The notes under the pieces: model-generated
The model's input: the letters and a program-made list of their open reading frames with translations, nothing else
What the model was told of the DNA's origin: nothing
Database searches by the model: none
Made by a program: the position numbers and the translations under genes
Origin: Burkholderiaceae bacterium
Lineage (GTDB): Bacteria; Pseudomonadota; Gammaproteobacteria; Burkholderiales; Burkholderiaceae_B
Length of the DNA: 64,000 nucleotides
Reading direction: 5' to 3'
Assembly (NCBI GenBank): GCA_035720945.1
Contig: DASTNK010000058.1
Coordinates: 1,148 to 65,147, forward strand
Shown: piece by piece, positions 1 through 9,249 of the stretch
Layout: each line of letters opens with the position of its first letter
Numbering within the stretch: position 1 is the stretch's first letter

Positions 1-1
1 C

Positions 2-400
2 GTGTGCCCCCAGAGCCACCGTTTCGACTGGCCCAGTATCGTCGGATGCTGGCTCACCGCGCTTGTATTCCTGTCGCTGACGTGGCTGCTCGGATTCGGC
101 ATGGCGCCGTCTTTGAGCGTGCTTCCGGGCCTGGCGCTGGCGGCCGTGCTTACCGTGCTGAAGTGGACATTCAACCTGATTTTGTGGGCGACCCTGATCC
201 AGGCCGTGCTGTCGTGGGTCAACCCGATGGCGCCCGTCATGGCCGTGCTGCATACGTTGACGGCCCCGCTGCTCGACCCGATTCGTCGCATGCTGCCCAA
301 TACCGGCGGGCTGGATTTCTCGCCTCTGGTGTTGCTGATCATCGCGCAAATCGCCATGATCATGCTCGGGCATGCCGTGTATGCGGCGTTCGGTTTGTAG
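2..400 (+). CDS. yggT: YggT-family integral membrane protein (5' end outside window)
   Basis: Open at the window start. Hydrophobic TM segments plus the YggT-like stretch LSWVNP...LTAPLLDPIRRMLPNTGGLDFSPLV. Stop TAG at 398-400. Confidence 0.75.
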   Translation: MCPQSHRFDWPSIVGCWLTALVFLSLTWLLGFGMAPSLSVLPGLALAAVLTVLKWTFNLILWATLIQAVLSWVNPMAPVMAVLHTLTAPLLDPIRRMLPNTGGLDFSPLVLLIIAQIAMIMLGHAVYAAFGL

Positions 401-403
401 ATT

Positions 404-904
404 TCACATGGGCACGACGCGCGTCGGCCCGTCACCGCTGATCAATCGCACACGCTGGCCCACTGAAAGCGGCACATCGGCGGCCTGCGCGATCACGCGG
501 GTTTCGCCGTTGTCCAGACGCACGGTGATTTCCAGGCCTTGAGTCTTGCCGGTCTGGTTTTCGATGGCATTGCCCACCAGAGCGCCTGCGATGGCCCCTC
601 CCACCGCACCAAGCACACTACCCGTGCCGCGCCCGATGGAGCTACCCGCCACACCACCCAGCGCACCGCCCGCCAGGCCGCCAAACCCTGACGTCTGCCC
701 TTGCTGGATGACGACATTGCGCAATGCAACGACTGTGCCGGTACGCACGATCTGTTCGCGTTGCGCCTGTCCGTAGGTGTAGACGGAACTTGACGCGGAG
801 TTGTTGGCGCACCCCGCCAGCACGGACAAAGCCCCCGCCACCAGGGTTGCCGCGACCAGGCGGGCCACCACTGTCTTCCGGGGTTTGAAAATCGTGGAAT
901 TCAT
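404..904 (-). CDS. Glycine-zipper outer-membrane lipoprotein (SlyB / 17-kDa antigen-like)
   Basis: Start taken at MNSTIF (ATG 904). Signal peptide ends in the lipobox LAGC. Gly-rich GxxxG core (GGLAGGALGGVAGSSIG...GAVGGAIAGALVG). Confidence 0.75.
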   Translation of the reverse strand: MNSTIFKPRKTVVARLVAATLVAGALSVLAGCANNSASSSVYTYGQAQREQIVRTGTVVALRNVVIQQGQTSGFGGLAGGALGGVAGSSIGRGTGSVLGAVGGAIAGALVGNAIENQTGKTQGLEITVRLDNGETRVIAQAADVPLSVGQRVRLISGDGPTRVVPM

Positions 905-1009
905 GAATCGATCTCCTGATGAACAACGCCTCGACATGCACCCGGCACGCCGCGAATCGTCGCGGTGGCGTGTTCGAAAGCCAGTTTATAGCATCCGGAC
1001 GTAGGGTCG

Positions 1010-1945
1010 CTACAGCGCCAACCCATATGTTTTCTTCAGCCGCGCCGCGATCTGCGCGCGATCGAAGGCGTGGTTCTGCGGGCCCTGGGAGGCCACTTTG
1101 ATGGCGCCCATGAGATTGGCCAGGCGGCAGGAATCGGGCAACGCCCAACCGCGCACCAGGCCGTACAGCAACCCCGCTCGATGCGCGTCGCCGCAGCCAG
1201 TGGGATCCACCACGGCATCGGGAATCGCCGGCTCTATCGTGGCCTCGGTGCCCGACGTGTACAACGTGGCACCTTGCGCACCACGTGTGACCACCACCGC
1301 TTCAAGACCCGTGGCGATGTCCGCCATGGTCCGGCCCGTGCGCTGCTCGATCACACTGGCTTCGTAGTCGTTGACGGTAAGAATGCGCGCCAGTTTCAAC
1401 ATGCGGTTCAGATCCTCGCCGGAGAACAGCGGCATGGCCTGTCCGAGGTCGAAAATGAACGGAATACCCTGTGCATGCAACCGCTGCGCATGCGCGAACA
1501 TGCCGTCCTTGGCATCGGGCGCCACGATAGCCCAGGCGGCCGCGCGCCCGGTCAGGTCATTGTCGGCCGAGCATCCCATGGCGCCCGGATGGAACGCGGC
1601 GATCTGGTTGTTGTCCAGATCGGTAGTGATGAAGCATTGCGGCGTGAACATGTCGGGCAGAATGCGTATCAGGCTGGTGTCGATGTCGAGCTTCTCGAAG
1701 CGGGCCAGATAGTCCGCCGCGTCGCCCCCGACGGTGCCGACCGGCACCGGGCTGCCCCCCAACAATTTCAAGCTATACGAGATATTGCCCGCGCAGCCAC
1801 CGAACTCCTTGCGCATGCCAGGAACCAGGAATGACACGCTGAGCGACTTGATGTTGTCGGCCAGTATATGATCCTTGAAATAGCCCTCGAACACCGCGAT
1901 CGTGTCGAACGCGATCGAACCGCAAACCAGTACGTCTTCAGACAT
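1010..1945 (-). CDS. PfkB-family carbohydrate/nucleoside kinase
   Basis: 311 aa. Ribokinase-fold signatures: N-terminal GSIAFD, and C-terminal DPTGCGDAHRAGLLYG (the DxTGAGD-type anion-hole motif). Confidence 0.8.
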   Translation of the reverse strand: MSEDVLVCGSIAFDTIAVFEGYFKDHILADNIKSLSVSFLVPGMRKEFGGCAGNISYSLKLLGGSPVPVGTVGGDAADYLARFEKLDIDTSLIRILPDMFTPQCFITTDLDNNQIAAFHPGAMGCSADNDLTGRAAAWAIVAPDAKDGMFAHAQRLHAQGIPFIFDLGQAMPLFSGEDLNRMLKLARILTVNDYEASVIEQRTGRTMADIATGLEAVVVTRGAQGATLYTSGTEATIEPAIPDAVVDPTGCGDAHRAGLLYGLVRGWALPDSCRLANLMGAIKVASQGPQNHAFDRAQIAARLKKTYGLAL

Positions 1946-1958
1946 GCCTACCCTTTGC

Positions 1959-3158
1959 TCATGAAAAATATTTGGCCAGTTGAAATCCGCTGACCTTGAC
2001 CCCGTTCATTGTAATGGGGACCATGGCGGTGACTTCACTGCGCGCGGCGAACGGGCGTTGCGCGACGCCGGGCGGCAGGTACAAGGATGGCGGCAGGTCT
2101 TTCTTCACAACCACCGTGCCCGAGAAATCCAGCAGATCCAGAACCAGGGTCGGCCATTCCTGGGGCTTGTCGAGGCTGTTGCGCAACGTCACCCGGAGGA
2201 CCATCGCCTCGGGTGGCTGCATCGCGGGCGATGCCCCCTGCCCTCCCAGCGGGTTGGCGCGCGTCTGCAGCGAGGAATTCATGATCGTGATCTGGCTGAT
2301 ATCCCGCGAATACGGAACGCGGCAATGCAATGGCCCACACGCCCGCTCGAGCAACGGCCGCACGGCCGGTAGATGGGCGGCGAGTTGCGCCCGATAGACA
2401 TACAGGCACTGCGCCAGGAACAACGCCACGCCCAGCACGCTGAGAATCCCCCAGAAGTAAAACGCGGGCCCGCGATAACGCGCGGGCAGCGGATCCAGGA
2501 AATCCGGCTCCTCCTCGGGTTCGGGTGCGGCGGTTCGGGGCTCCACGTAGACGCCATATGACTGGCGCTGGGCGAGGAATGGCTCTTTATCGTGGGGCGT
2601 TGTGTCATCGGCGAGAGCTTCATCCGGATCGGCCTCATCCGCGTCCTCCGGGGAACGATTGGACACATACGGAGCTCGTGTTTCTCCCCGTGCCGGACGT
2701 GGCCCACCGTTCACGGGCAACGATATCGTTGGCTCTGTGGGGGCGCCGGCTTGCGGGCGCCGCCCAGTGATCGTGAACGCTGGCTCGGCCCGGGAAGCCT
2801 CTGTCCGCGGCACGGCATGCTGACCGTGATGTTCGACACGCTGGCGCACCACATGCGGCAACGTGTCACGGCCGCCCTCGCCGGGGTGAGGCGCTTGACG
2901 GGCCACCGGCTCAGGTGCCTCGGTCACGCGCGGAACACGACCCGCATGGGAACCCAGCGCCGGACCCGGTACAGGCGCCACAGGGCGAGACGCCGGCGTC
3001 GAACGCCCCTGGCGCCCGTCAGCGGGCACCACTGCGTCGAAGCCGTCGAAGATGTGGGCGCAATTGGGGCAGCGGATATAGCCCTTGCGCAGTTGCAACT
3101 GCTCGAGACTCGCGGAAAACGTCGCACCACACTGGGGGCATCGCGTAGTCAAATCCAT
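1959..3158 (-). CDS. Zinc-ribbon (MJ0042-type) membrane protein with DUF3426-like C-terminal domain
   Basis: N-terminus has CPQCGATF...CPNCAHIF (two CxxC pairs). A long Pro/Arg/Ala/Glu-rich low-complexity linker follows, then one TM (FYFWGILSVLGVALFLAQCLYVY) and a folded C-terminal domain. It lies downstream of prmA, as I recall in many betaproteobacteria. Confidence 0.7.
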   Translation of the reverse strand: MDLTTRCPQCGATFSASLEQLQLRKGYIRCPNCAHIFDGFDAVVPADGRQGRSTPASRPVAPVPGPALGSHAGRVPRVTEAPEPVARQAPHPGEGGRDTLPHVVRQRVEHHGQHAVPRTEASRAEPAFTITGRRPQAGAPTEPTISLPVNGGPRPARGETRAPYVSNRSPEDADEADPDEALADDTTPHDKEPFLAQRQSYGVYVEPRTAAPEPEEEPDFLDPLPARYRGPAFYFWGILSVLGVALFLAQCLYVYRAQLAAHLPAVRPLLERACGPLHCRVPYSRDISQITIMNSSLQTRANPLGGQGASPAMQPPEAMVLRVTLRNSLDKPQEWPTLVLDLLDFSGTVVVKKDLPPSLYLPPGVAQRPFAARSEVTAMVPITMNGVKVSGFQLAKYFS

Positions 3159-3167
3159 AAGCGAGAT

Positions 3168-4106
3168 CTATCGTGATCGTTCAGTTCGTTGCCCATGCAG
3201 GCATACCCAGCCCGCCCGCGCGCGCCAGACGCTGAGTGTGAGCCAAGGCGCGTAAGCCTGAGCCACTTCGTCTGCCTGACGCTCCAGCACACCCGATAGA
3301 GCCAGCCGGCCACCGGGCCGCACCCTGTTGGCCAGCATGGGCGCCAGCACCTTCAAGGGGTTGGACAATATGTTGGCCACCACCACGCTGGCCTGTGCCG
3401 AGTCAGTGTGATCAGGCAACCGGGCGTCGAGATCGACCCTGTTGACCTGGGCATTGTAGCGGGTGGACAACACCGCTTGTTCGTCGATGTCGACGGCATG
3501 CGTGTCGCCCGCTCCGAGCATTTTAGCCGCAATGGCCAGGATACCGGAACCGCAGCCGTAATCGAGCACTGTGTCGCCGATGCGCACGTGCTCGGCCAAC
3601 CACTCCAGGCACAAATGCGTGGTGGGGTGGCTGCCCGTGCCGAACGCGAGCCCTGGATCAAGCTGAATGCGGATAGGGTTGTCAGCGTCAGAGGCGGGGT
3701 GGGCGACGCCGGTGGGCACTGCGGGATCGTTCTGGTGCCAGCTGGGCACGATCCAGATACGCCCCCCCACATGAATGGGGCCGAACTGGGACTGGGTCAG
3801 ACGCACCCAGTCGGCGTCGGGCACTTCGCGGATCGACCATCCAGCTTGAGGAGCCAGGCCGGACAAGGCCGCCGCCTGCTCGACGATCTGCGCCGGATCG
3901 GCGCCGTCGGGCAAAAGCGCGGCAAGCCGATTACGCCGCCAAGCCTGAACCTCGGGTTCGAACCCCGGCTCACCGAACAACGGTTGCTCGTGGGCCGTGT
4001 CGACATCGGCGTCTTCGACCGACACCGACAGCACCCCGGCCTCGATCAGCGCATCGGACAATGCCTCGGCCTGCGCTTCCAGACAATGCAATACCAGCTC
4101 TCGCAT
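3168..4106 (-). CDS. prmA: Ribosomal protein L11 methyltransferase
   Basis: 312 aa. SAM-binding motif [15 protein letters not shown]. Overall PrmA-like layout and synteny with accBC. Confidence 0.9.
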   Translation of the reverse strand: MRELVLHCLEAQAEALSDALIEAGVLSVSVEDADVDTAHEQPLFGEPGFEPEVQAWRRNRLAALLPDGADPAQIVEQAAALSGLAPQAGWSIREVPDADWVRLTQSQFGPIHVGGRIWIVPSWHQNDPAVPTGVAHPASDADNPIRIQLDPGLAFGTGSHPTTHLCLEWLAEHVRIGDTVLDYGCGSGILAIAAKMLGAGDTHAVDIDEQAVLSTRYNAQVNRVDLDARLPDHTDSAQASVVVANILSNPLKVLAPMLANRVRPGGRLALSGVLERQADEVAQAYAPWLTLSVWRARAGWVCLHGQRTERSR

Positions 4107-4170
4107 GGTCGTTTCCGTATAAAAAACCCCACGCCACGCAGGCCAACGTCAGCTTGCTGGCCGCGATCGA

Positions 4171-5517
4171 TCAGGATCGCTGGGCCAGTTTGTGCTCAAG
4201 ATAATGAATGCTCGTCCCGCCTTTGATGAAGTTGGCGTCGTGCATGAGATCGCGATGCAGCGGGATGTTCGTCATGACCCCGTCGACCGCCATCTCGGAG
4301 AGTGCGATATCCATGCGGGCGATCGCCTGCTCGCGCGTGGGCGCATAGGTGATCAGCTTGGCGATCATGGAATCGTAGTTGGGCGGCACCGTGTAGCCGC
4401 TGAACACATGCGAATCCATGCGCACCCCCGGCCCGCCAGGCACATGCCAGTTCGTGACCTTGCCCGGGCTGGGCGTGAACTTGTAGGGATCCTCGGCGTT
4501 GATGCGGCATTCGATCGCGTGCCCGCGGAGCTCGACGTCGCGCTGACGCAGTGTGAACTTTTCACCGGCGGCGATGCGTATCTGCATCTGCACCAGATCG
4601 AGCCCGGTGACCATCTCGGTGACCGTGTGTTCGACCTGGATGCGGGTGTTCATCTCGATGAAGTAGAACTCGCCGTTTTCAAACAGGAACTCGAACGTGC
4701 CGGCGCCGCGATAACCGATCTTGCGGCAGGCTTCGGCACAGCGTTCGCCGATGCGCTCGATCAGCTTGCGTTCGATGCCCGGCGCCGGAGATTCCTCAAT
4801 GACTTTTTGGTGGCGACGCTGCATGGAGCAATCGCGCTCACCCAGCCACACGGCGTTGCGCTCTCCGTCGGCCATGACCTGGATCTCGATGTGGCGCGGG
4901 TTCTCGAGGAACTTCTCCAGGTAGACCTCAGGATTGTTGAAGGCGATGCCGGCCTCTGATTTGGTGAGCGTGACGGCGTTGTGCAGGGCGGCCTCGGTGT
5001 AGACCACGCGCATGCCGCGCCCGCCACCACCGCCCGCCGCCTTGATGATCACCGGGTAGCCGACGTCACGGGCGATGCGCTGCACTTCGGCCGGATCGTC
5101 GGGCAGCGCGCCGGCCGAGCCAGGCACCACCGGCACGCCGGCTTCGATCATCGCCTGCTTGGCACTGACCTTGTCGCCCATGAGGCGGATGGATTCGGGC
5201 TTGGGGCCAATGAAGACAAATCCGCTTTTCTCGACGCGTTCGGCGAAGTCGGCGTTCTCGGAGAGAAAACCGTATCCGGGGTGAATGGCTTCGGCGTCGG
5301 TGACCTCGGCGGCCGAGATGATGGCCGGCATGTTGAGATAGCTGTCGCGCGCCGGGGCGGGCCCGATGCAAACGGATTCGTCGGCCAATCTCACGTACTT
5401 GGCCTCGCGGTCGACTTCCGAATGAACGACCACGGTCTTGATGCCCATTTCGCGACAGGCGCGCTGCACCCGCAGGGCGATCTCGCCACGATTGGCGATG
5501 AGGATTTTCTCGAACAT
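4171..5517 (-). CDS. accC: Acetyl-CoA carboxylase, biotin carboxylase subunit
   Basis: [17 protein letters not shown]... closely parallels the E. coli AccC N-terminus, and the ATP-grasp motifs are present. Start set at ATG 5517, 4 nt after the accB stop, rather than the upstream ORF start at 5529. Confidence 0.95.
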   Translation of the reverse strand: MFEKILIANRGEIALRVQRACREMGIKTVVVHSEVDREAKYVRLADESVCIGPAPARDSYLNMPAIISAAEVTDAEAIHPGYGFLSENADFAERVEKSGFVFIGPKPESIRLMGDKVSAKQAMIEAGVPVVPGSAGALPDDPAEVQRIARDVGYPVIIKAAGGGGGRGMRVVYTEAALHNAVTLTKSEAGIAFNNPEVYLEKFLENPRHIEIQVMADGERNAVWLGERDCSMQRRHQKVIEESPAPGIERKLIERIGERCAEACRKIGYRGAGTFEFLFENGEFYFIEMNTRIQVEHTVTEMVTGLDLVQMQIRIAAGEKFTLRQRDVELRGHAIECRINAEDPYKFTPSPGKVTNWHVPGGPGVRMDSHVFSGYTVPPNYDSMIAKLITYAPTREQAIARMDIALSEMAVDGVMTNIPLHRDLMHDANFIKGGTSIHYLEHKLAQRS

Positions 5518-5521
5518 GGGC

Positions 5522-5974
5522 TCAGCCAATCACGAACAGGGGTTGACCGAACTCGACGGGTTCACCGTTTTCGACCAGGATTTCCTTGACCACGCCGGCC
5601 TTGTCGGTTTCGATCTCGTTGAGCAGCTTCATGGCTTCGATGATGCACAGGGGCTCACCCTCTTTCACGCTCTGGCCCAGCTCAATAAAAGGCGAAGCGC
5701 CCGGATTGGGCGAGCGATAGAACGTGCCGACCATGGGCGATTTGATCACGTGCCCCTGGGGCACGGCGGGCGCGGCCGGAGCGGCCGGAGCGCCGGCCAC
5801 GGGGGGCGCCGCCATCACCGGCGCGGCCATGGGCGGTGGCGCGTAAGCCACGGCGGGAGTCGCCGGGGAGAATTTGACGATCTTGACCTTGCCTTCCCCT
5901 TCGGTGATTTCGAGTTCGGCGATTCCTGATTCAGCGACCAGGTCGATCAAGGTTTTCAGTTTTCTGAGATCCAT
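5522..5974 (-). CDS. accB: Acetyl-CoA carboxylase, biotin carboxyl carrier protein
   Basis: [13 protein letters not shown]... N-terminus, Ala/Pro-rich linker, and C-terminal biotinyl motif [13 protein letters not shown]. Start ATG at 5974. Confidence 0.9.
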   Translation of the reverse strand: MDLRKLKTLIDLVAESGIAELEITEGEGKVKIVKFSPATPAVAYAPPPMAAPVMAAPPVAGAPAAPAAPAVPQGHVIKSPMVGTFYRSPNPGASPFIELGQSVKEGEPLCIIEAMKLLNEIETDKAGVVKEILVENGEPVEFGQPLFVIG

Positions 5975-6075
5975 ACAGATTTCCCGTGACATTGCCCCGC
6001 GCCATACGGACGGGGCCGACGTTGATTGAATACAAATATTGAAACTAGCTCGACTAACCAATGCCGCTGGAGGCC

Positions 6076-6510
6076 TCAGGCCTCCAGCGCGTAACGCATG
6101 GCGGCTTCATACCCGAACGCGCCCAGACCCACGATCACCCCCTGGGCCAGATCGGACAGGTATGAAGAATGGCGGAATGCTTCACGCCGATGGACGTTGG
6201 ACAGGTGGACTTCAATGAACCGGATCGCCACGGCGGCCAGCGCGTCGCGCACGGCGACACTGGTGTGAGTATAGGCCGCCGCATTGATGATGATGAAATC
6301 CGTCTGGTCGCCCGCCGCCGCCTGGATACGGTCAACCAGGCCGCCTTCGTGATTGCTCTGGAAACACTCGCAACCGGCGCCCTCGCGAGCCGCCAGACCC
6401 TGCAGATTCCGATCGATTTCCGCCAGAGTCTGATGTCCATAGACACTGGGCTCGCGTGTGCCGAGCAGATTCAGGTTGGGGCCATGCAAGACCAATATGC
6501 GTTGCGCCAT
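6076..6510 (-). CDS. aroQ: 3-dehydroquinate dehydratase, type II
   Basis: 144 aa. [21 protein letters not shown] and [13 protein letters not shown] are classic type II DHQase motifs. Confidence 0.95.
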   Translation of the reverse strand: MAQRILVLHGPNLNLLGTREPSVYGHQTLAEIDRNLQGLAAREGAGCECFQSNHEGGLVDRIQAAAGDQTDFIIINAAAYTHTSVAVRDALAAVAIRFIEVHLSNVHRREAFRHSSYLSDLAQGVIVGLGAFGYEAAMRYALEA

Positions 6511-6637
6511 TATGGAACACTAAAGGAGACAGACCGTCTTTTTACGCTAAAAAGGCCTATTTGTCCATTAAAACACAGACTATTTGCCATACGAAAGCAT
6601 CCAGAACCTTAAAACGGCCCTTCCAGACCACGCGGTT

Positions 6638-7132
6638 TCAGGCTACCAGGCCATGCACCTTCGCACCGAATGAATCGGTCTTGATCTGACCCACGACCCG
6701 ATCACGGATCATGCCCTGGCGATCGAAAGTCACTGTGAACGGTATTCCGCCTGTGGTATCGCCCAACGCGCGGACGAGTTCGATACCGCCATGGCCGACG
6801 ATCAGCAGCGGATAGGAAACCGGAACTTTTTGGATGAATTCGCGGACGTTGTTCGCGGTATCGACCGCGAGCCCCAGAAACCGCACGCCGGGATACTGTT
6901 TTTGCAACGCATCGAGTTCAGGCATTTCTTTCACGCAGGGCGGACACCACGTTGCCCAGAAATTCACGATCAGGGGTTTGCCCAGATAGCTGCTCATGGC
7001 ATGCGGAGTGCCGTGCACATCGCGGAACGATTGACCGAACAAGCCCGTGTCGGCCAAGGCGCGCCGGGGCCGCCACGCGCCAAGAAAGGCCGTGGCCGCC
7101 ACCCCCTGAAATATGAAATCGCGCCGCTTCAT
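6638..7132 (-). CDS. TlpA-like periplasmic thiol:disulfide oxidoreductase (thioredoxin fold)
   Basis: Twin-arginine-like signal (MKRRDFIF...ALA). Active site WATWCPPCVKEMP. Confidence 0.85.
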   Translation of the reverse strand: MKRRDFIFQGVAATAFLGAWRPRRALADTGLFGQSFRDVHGTPHAMSSYLGKPLIVNFWATWCPPCVKEMPELDALQKQYPGVRFLGLAVDTANNVREFIQKVPVSYPLLIVGHGGIELVRALGDTTGGIPFTVTFDRQGMIRDRVVGQIKTDSFGAKVHGLVA

Positions 7133-7226
7133 GCGTTTTCCGAAAGTTCGTCATGCTTTTTTCATCATAGCACCGGCCTGCCCGATACCCGGCGGGGAGC
7201 CACTACAATAACGGGTGGAGGACGTC

Positions 7227-8600
7227 ATGCATCTACATATCCTGGGAATCTGCGGCACATTCATGGGCGGACTGGCCCTGATCGCGCGCTCGGCCGGCCA
7301 TACGGTCACCGGTTGCGACGCCGGCGTCTACCCGCCCATGAGCACCCAGCTGCAGGAACAAGGCATTCACCTGATCGAGGGGTTCGACGCCGATCAACTG
7401 CGCCTCCGGCCGGATCTGTTCGTCGTGGGCAACGTGGTCTCACGTGGCAACCCATTGATGGAAGCCATCCTGGATCAGGGTCTGCCGTACACCTCGGGCC
7501 CGCAATGGCTGGGCGAACACATTCTGCGCGGCCAACACGTGCTGGCCGTGGCGGGCACACACGGCAAGACCACAACCAGCGCCATGCTGGCCTGGATACT
7601 CGAACACGCCGGCCTGGCCCCCAACTTTCTCATCGGCGGCATCGCCGGCGACCTGGGAGTGTCGGCGCGTTACGACGCCCAGCAGACGGTGTTCGTCATC
7701 GAGGCCGACGAATACGACACCGCGTTTTTCGATAAACGGTCGAAATTCGTGCACTACCGGCCGCGCACCGCCATTCTCAACAACCTGGAATATGATCACG
7801 CCGACATCTTTCCCGATCTAGCCGCGATCGAAACCCAGTTTCATCATCTGGTGCGAACAATTCCGGCATCGGGTTGCGTCATACGCCCCGTCGACTCACC
7901 CGCCATCGATCGGGTCTTGGCGCACGGCTGCTGGACACCGGTCGACACCTTCGGCCCGGGTGGCCACTGGCAGGCCGCCGGCGACATCGACAACGAGTTC
8001 GAAGTGCGGCACGGCGCCGAGCACGCCAGCATCGCGTGGGGATTGAGCGGCACCCACAACCGCATGAATGCCCTGGCCGCCCTGGCCGCCGCGTCACACG
8101 CGGGCGTATCGCTGCGGACGGGCGTGGAGGCGCTGTGTCGGTTCCAGGGCGTGAGGCGCCGCATGGAATTGCGCGGCACGGTCAACCAGATCAGTGTCTA
8201 CGACGATTTCGCGCATCACCCCACCGCCATTCAGACCACACTGGAAGGCGCGCGCAACAAACTGGCCGGCGGCCGCATTATCGCGGTGCTGGAACCCCGC
8301 TCCAACACCATGAAGCTGGGCACCATGGCGTCGCGCCTTCCGAAAGCGCTCGAGGCGGCCGACCGCGTGTTCTGTTTCGGCGCGCTCTCGGGCAAACACG
8401 CGCTCGGCTGGGACCCAGCGCAAATCCTCGCCCCCCTGGGCGCGCGTGCCAGCGCCTACGACGACTTGGATCGCATGGTGCGGGCCATCACCGCCGAAAG
8501 CCAGCCCGGCGACGCCATCGTGGTCATGAGCAATGGCGGCTTCGGTGGCATTCATCAGAAACTCCTGGATGCGCTGCGAATCCGTGGGAGTGCGGCATGA
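7227..8600 (+). CDS. mpl: UDP-N-acetylmuramate:L-alanyl-gamma-D-glutamyl-meso-diaminopimelate ligase
   Basis: MHLHILGICGTFMGGLALIA matches the Mpl N-terminus, and GTHGKTTT is a Mur-ligase P-loop. GGAGGA sits 5 nt upstream of ATG 7227. Confidence 0.9.
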   Translation: MHLHILGICGTFMGGLALIARSAGHTVTGCDAGVYPPMSTQLQEQGIHLIEGFDADQLRLRPDLFVVGNVVSRGNPLMEAILDQGLPYTSGPQWLGEHILRGQHVLAVAGTHGKTTTSAMLAWILEHAGLAPNFLIGGIAGDLGVSARYDAQQTVFVIEADEYDTAFFDKRSKFVHYRPRTAILNNLEYDHADIFPDLAAIETQFHHLVRTIPASGCVIRPVDSPAIDRVLAHGCWTPVDTFGPGGHWQAAGDIDNEFEVRHGAEHASIAWGLSGTHNRMNALAALAAASHAGVSLRTGVEALCRFQGVRRRMELRGTVNQISVYDDFAHHPTAIQTTLEGARNKLAGGRIIAVLEPRSNTMKLGTMASRLPKALEAADRVFCFGALSGKHALGWDPAQILAPLGARASAYDDLDRMVRAITAESQPGDAIVVMSNGGFGGIHQKLLDALRIRGSAA

Positions 8601-9190
8601 TCCTGTACCTGCACGGCTTCCGTTCCTCTCCGCAATCGTTCAAGGCCACGCTCCTCGCCCAGGCCATGCGTGCGCGTGGCCTCGAAGACGCCTGGTTGTG
8701 CCCGCAATTGCCGGCGAGCCCAGCGCAAGCCATGGCCCTGGCCGATCGCCTGATACGCAAGGCGCTGCCGGGCGGTATCGAGCAGACACGAGCCGAACTG
8801 GTCATCATCGGCTCATCCCTGGGCGGCTATTACGCCACGTGCCTGGCCGAACATTGGCAATGCCGCGCGGCGCTGCTCAACCCGGTTGTGTACGCCGCGC
8901 GCGATCTGGCCACCCAGGTGGGTGAACATACGCTGTATCACGGTGGCGGCCCATTCACGTTCCTGCCGGAATACATTGACGAACTGGCGGAAATGGCGGT
9001 GGGGCGTCCCACGCACCCCGAACGGTATTACCTGCTGGCGTCCACCGGCGACGAAGTACTCGATTGGCGGGAAATGGCGGACTGGTTTCAGGGGGGCCGT
9101 CAGCACGTTATAAACGGCGGCGACCACGGCCTCTCGGACTTTCCGGCCCACCTGCCAGAAGTCCTGGAATTCGCCCTGACCGGCACCTGA
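8597..9190 (+). CDS. YqiA-like alpha/beta esterase (UPF0227)
   Basis: MILYLHGFRSSPQSFKA... and the nucleophile elbow GSSLGGYYA. ATGA overlap with the mpl stop. Confidence 0.75.
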   Translation: MILYLHGFRSSPQSFKATLLAQAMRARGLEDAWLCPQLPASPAQAMALADRLIRKALPGGIEQTRAELVIIGSSLGGYYATCLAEHWQCRAALLNPVVYAARDLATQVGEHTLYHGGGPFTFLPEYIDELAEMAVGRPTHPERYYLLASTGDEVLDWREMADWFQGGRQHVINGGDHGLSDFPAHLPEVLEFALTGT

Positions 9191-9249
9191 CCGTTCATTC
9201 GATTCCCATAGAATTTCCCCGCGACACCACGCCCACTTTCCAATCCCCC

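Noticed and set aside
3951-3975. tRNA T-arm-like GGGTTCGAACCCCGG
   Set aside because: It lies inside the prmA coding sequence. No acceptor, D or anticodon arms can be built around it.
7874-9190. Long N-terminal extensions of track ORFs (also 13458-14939, 17635-18741, 9064-11136, 15837-16868, 24201-25397)
   Set aside because: The extensions overlap the preceding well-supported gene in another frame. Conserved N-termini and RBS or ATGA coupling point to the internal starts used in the feature list.
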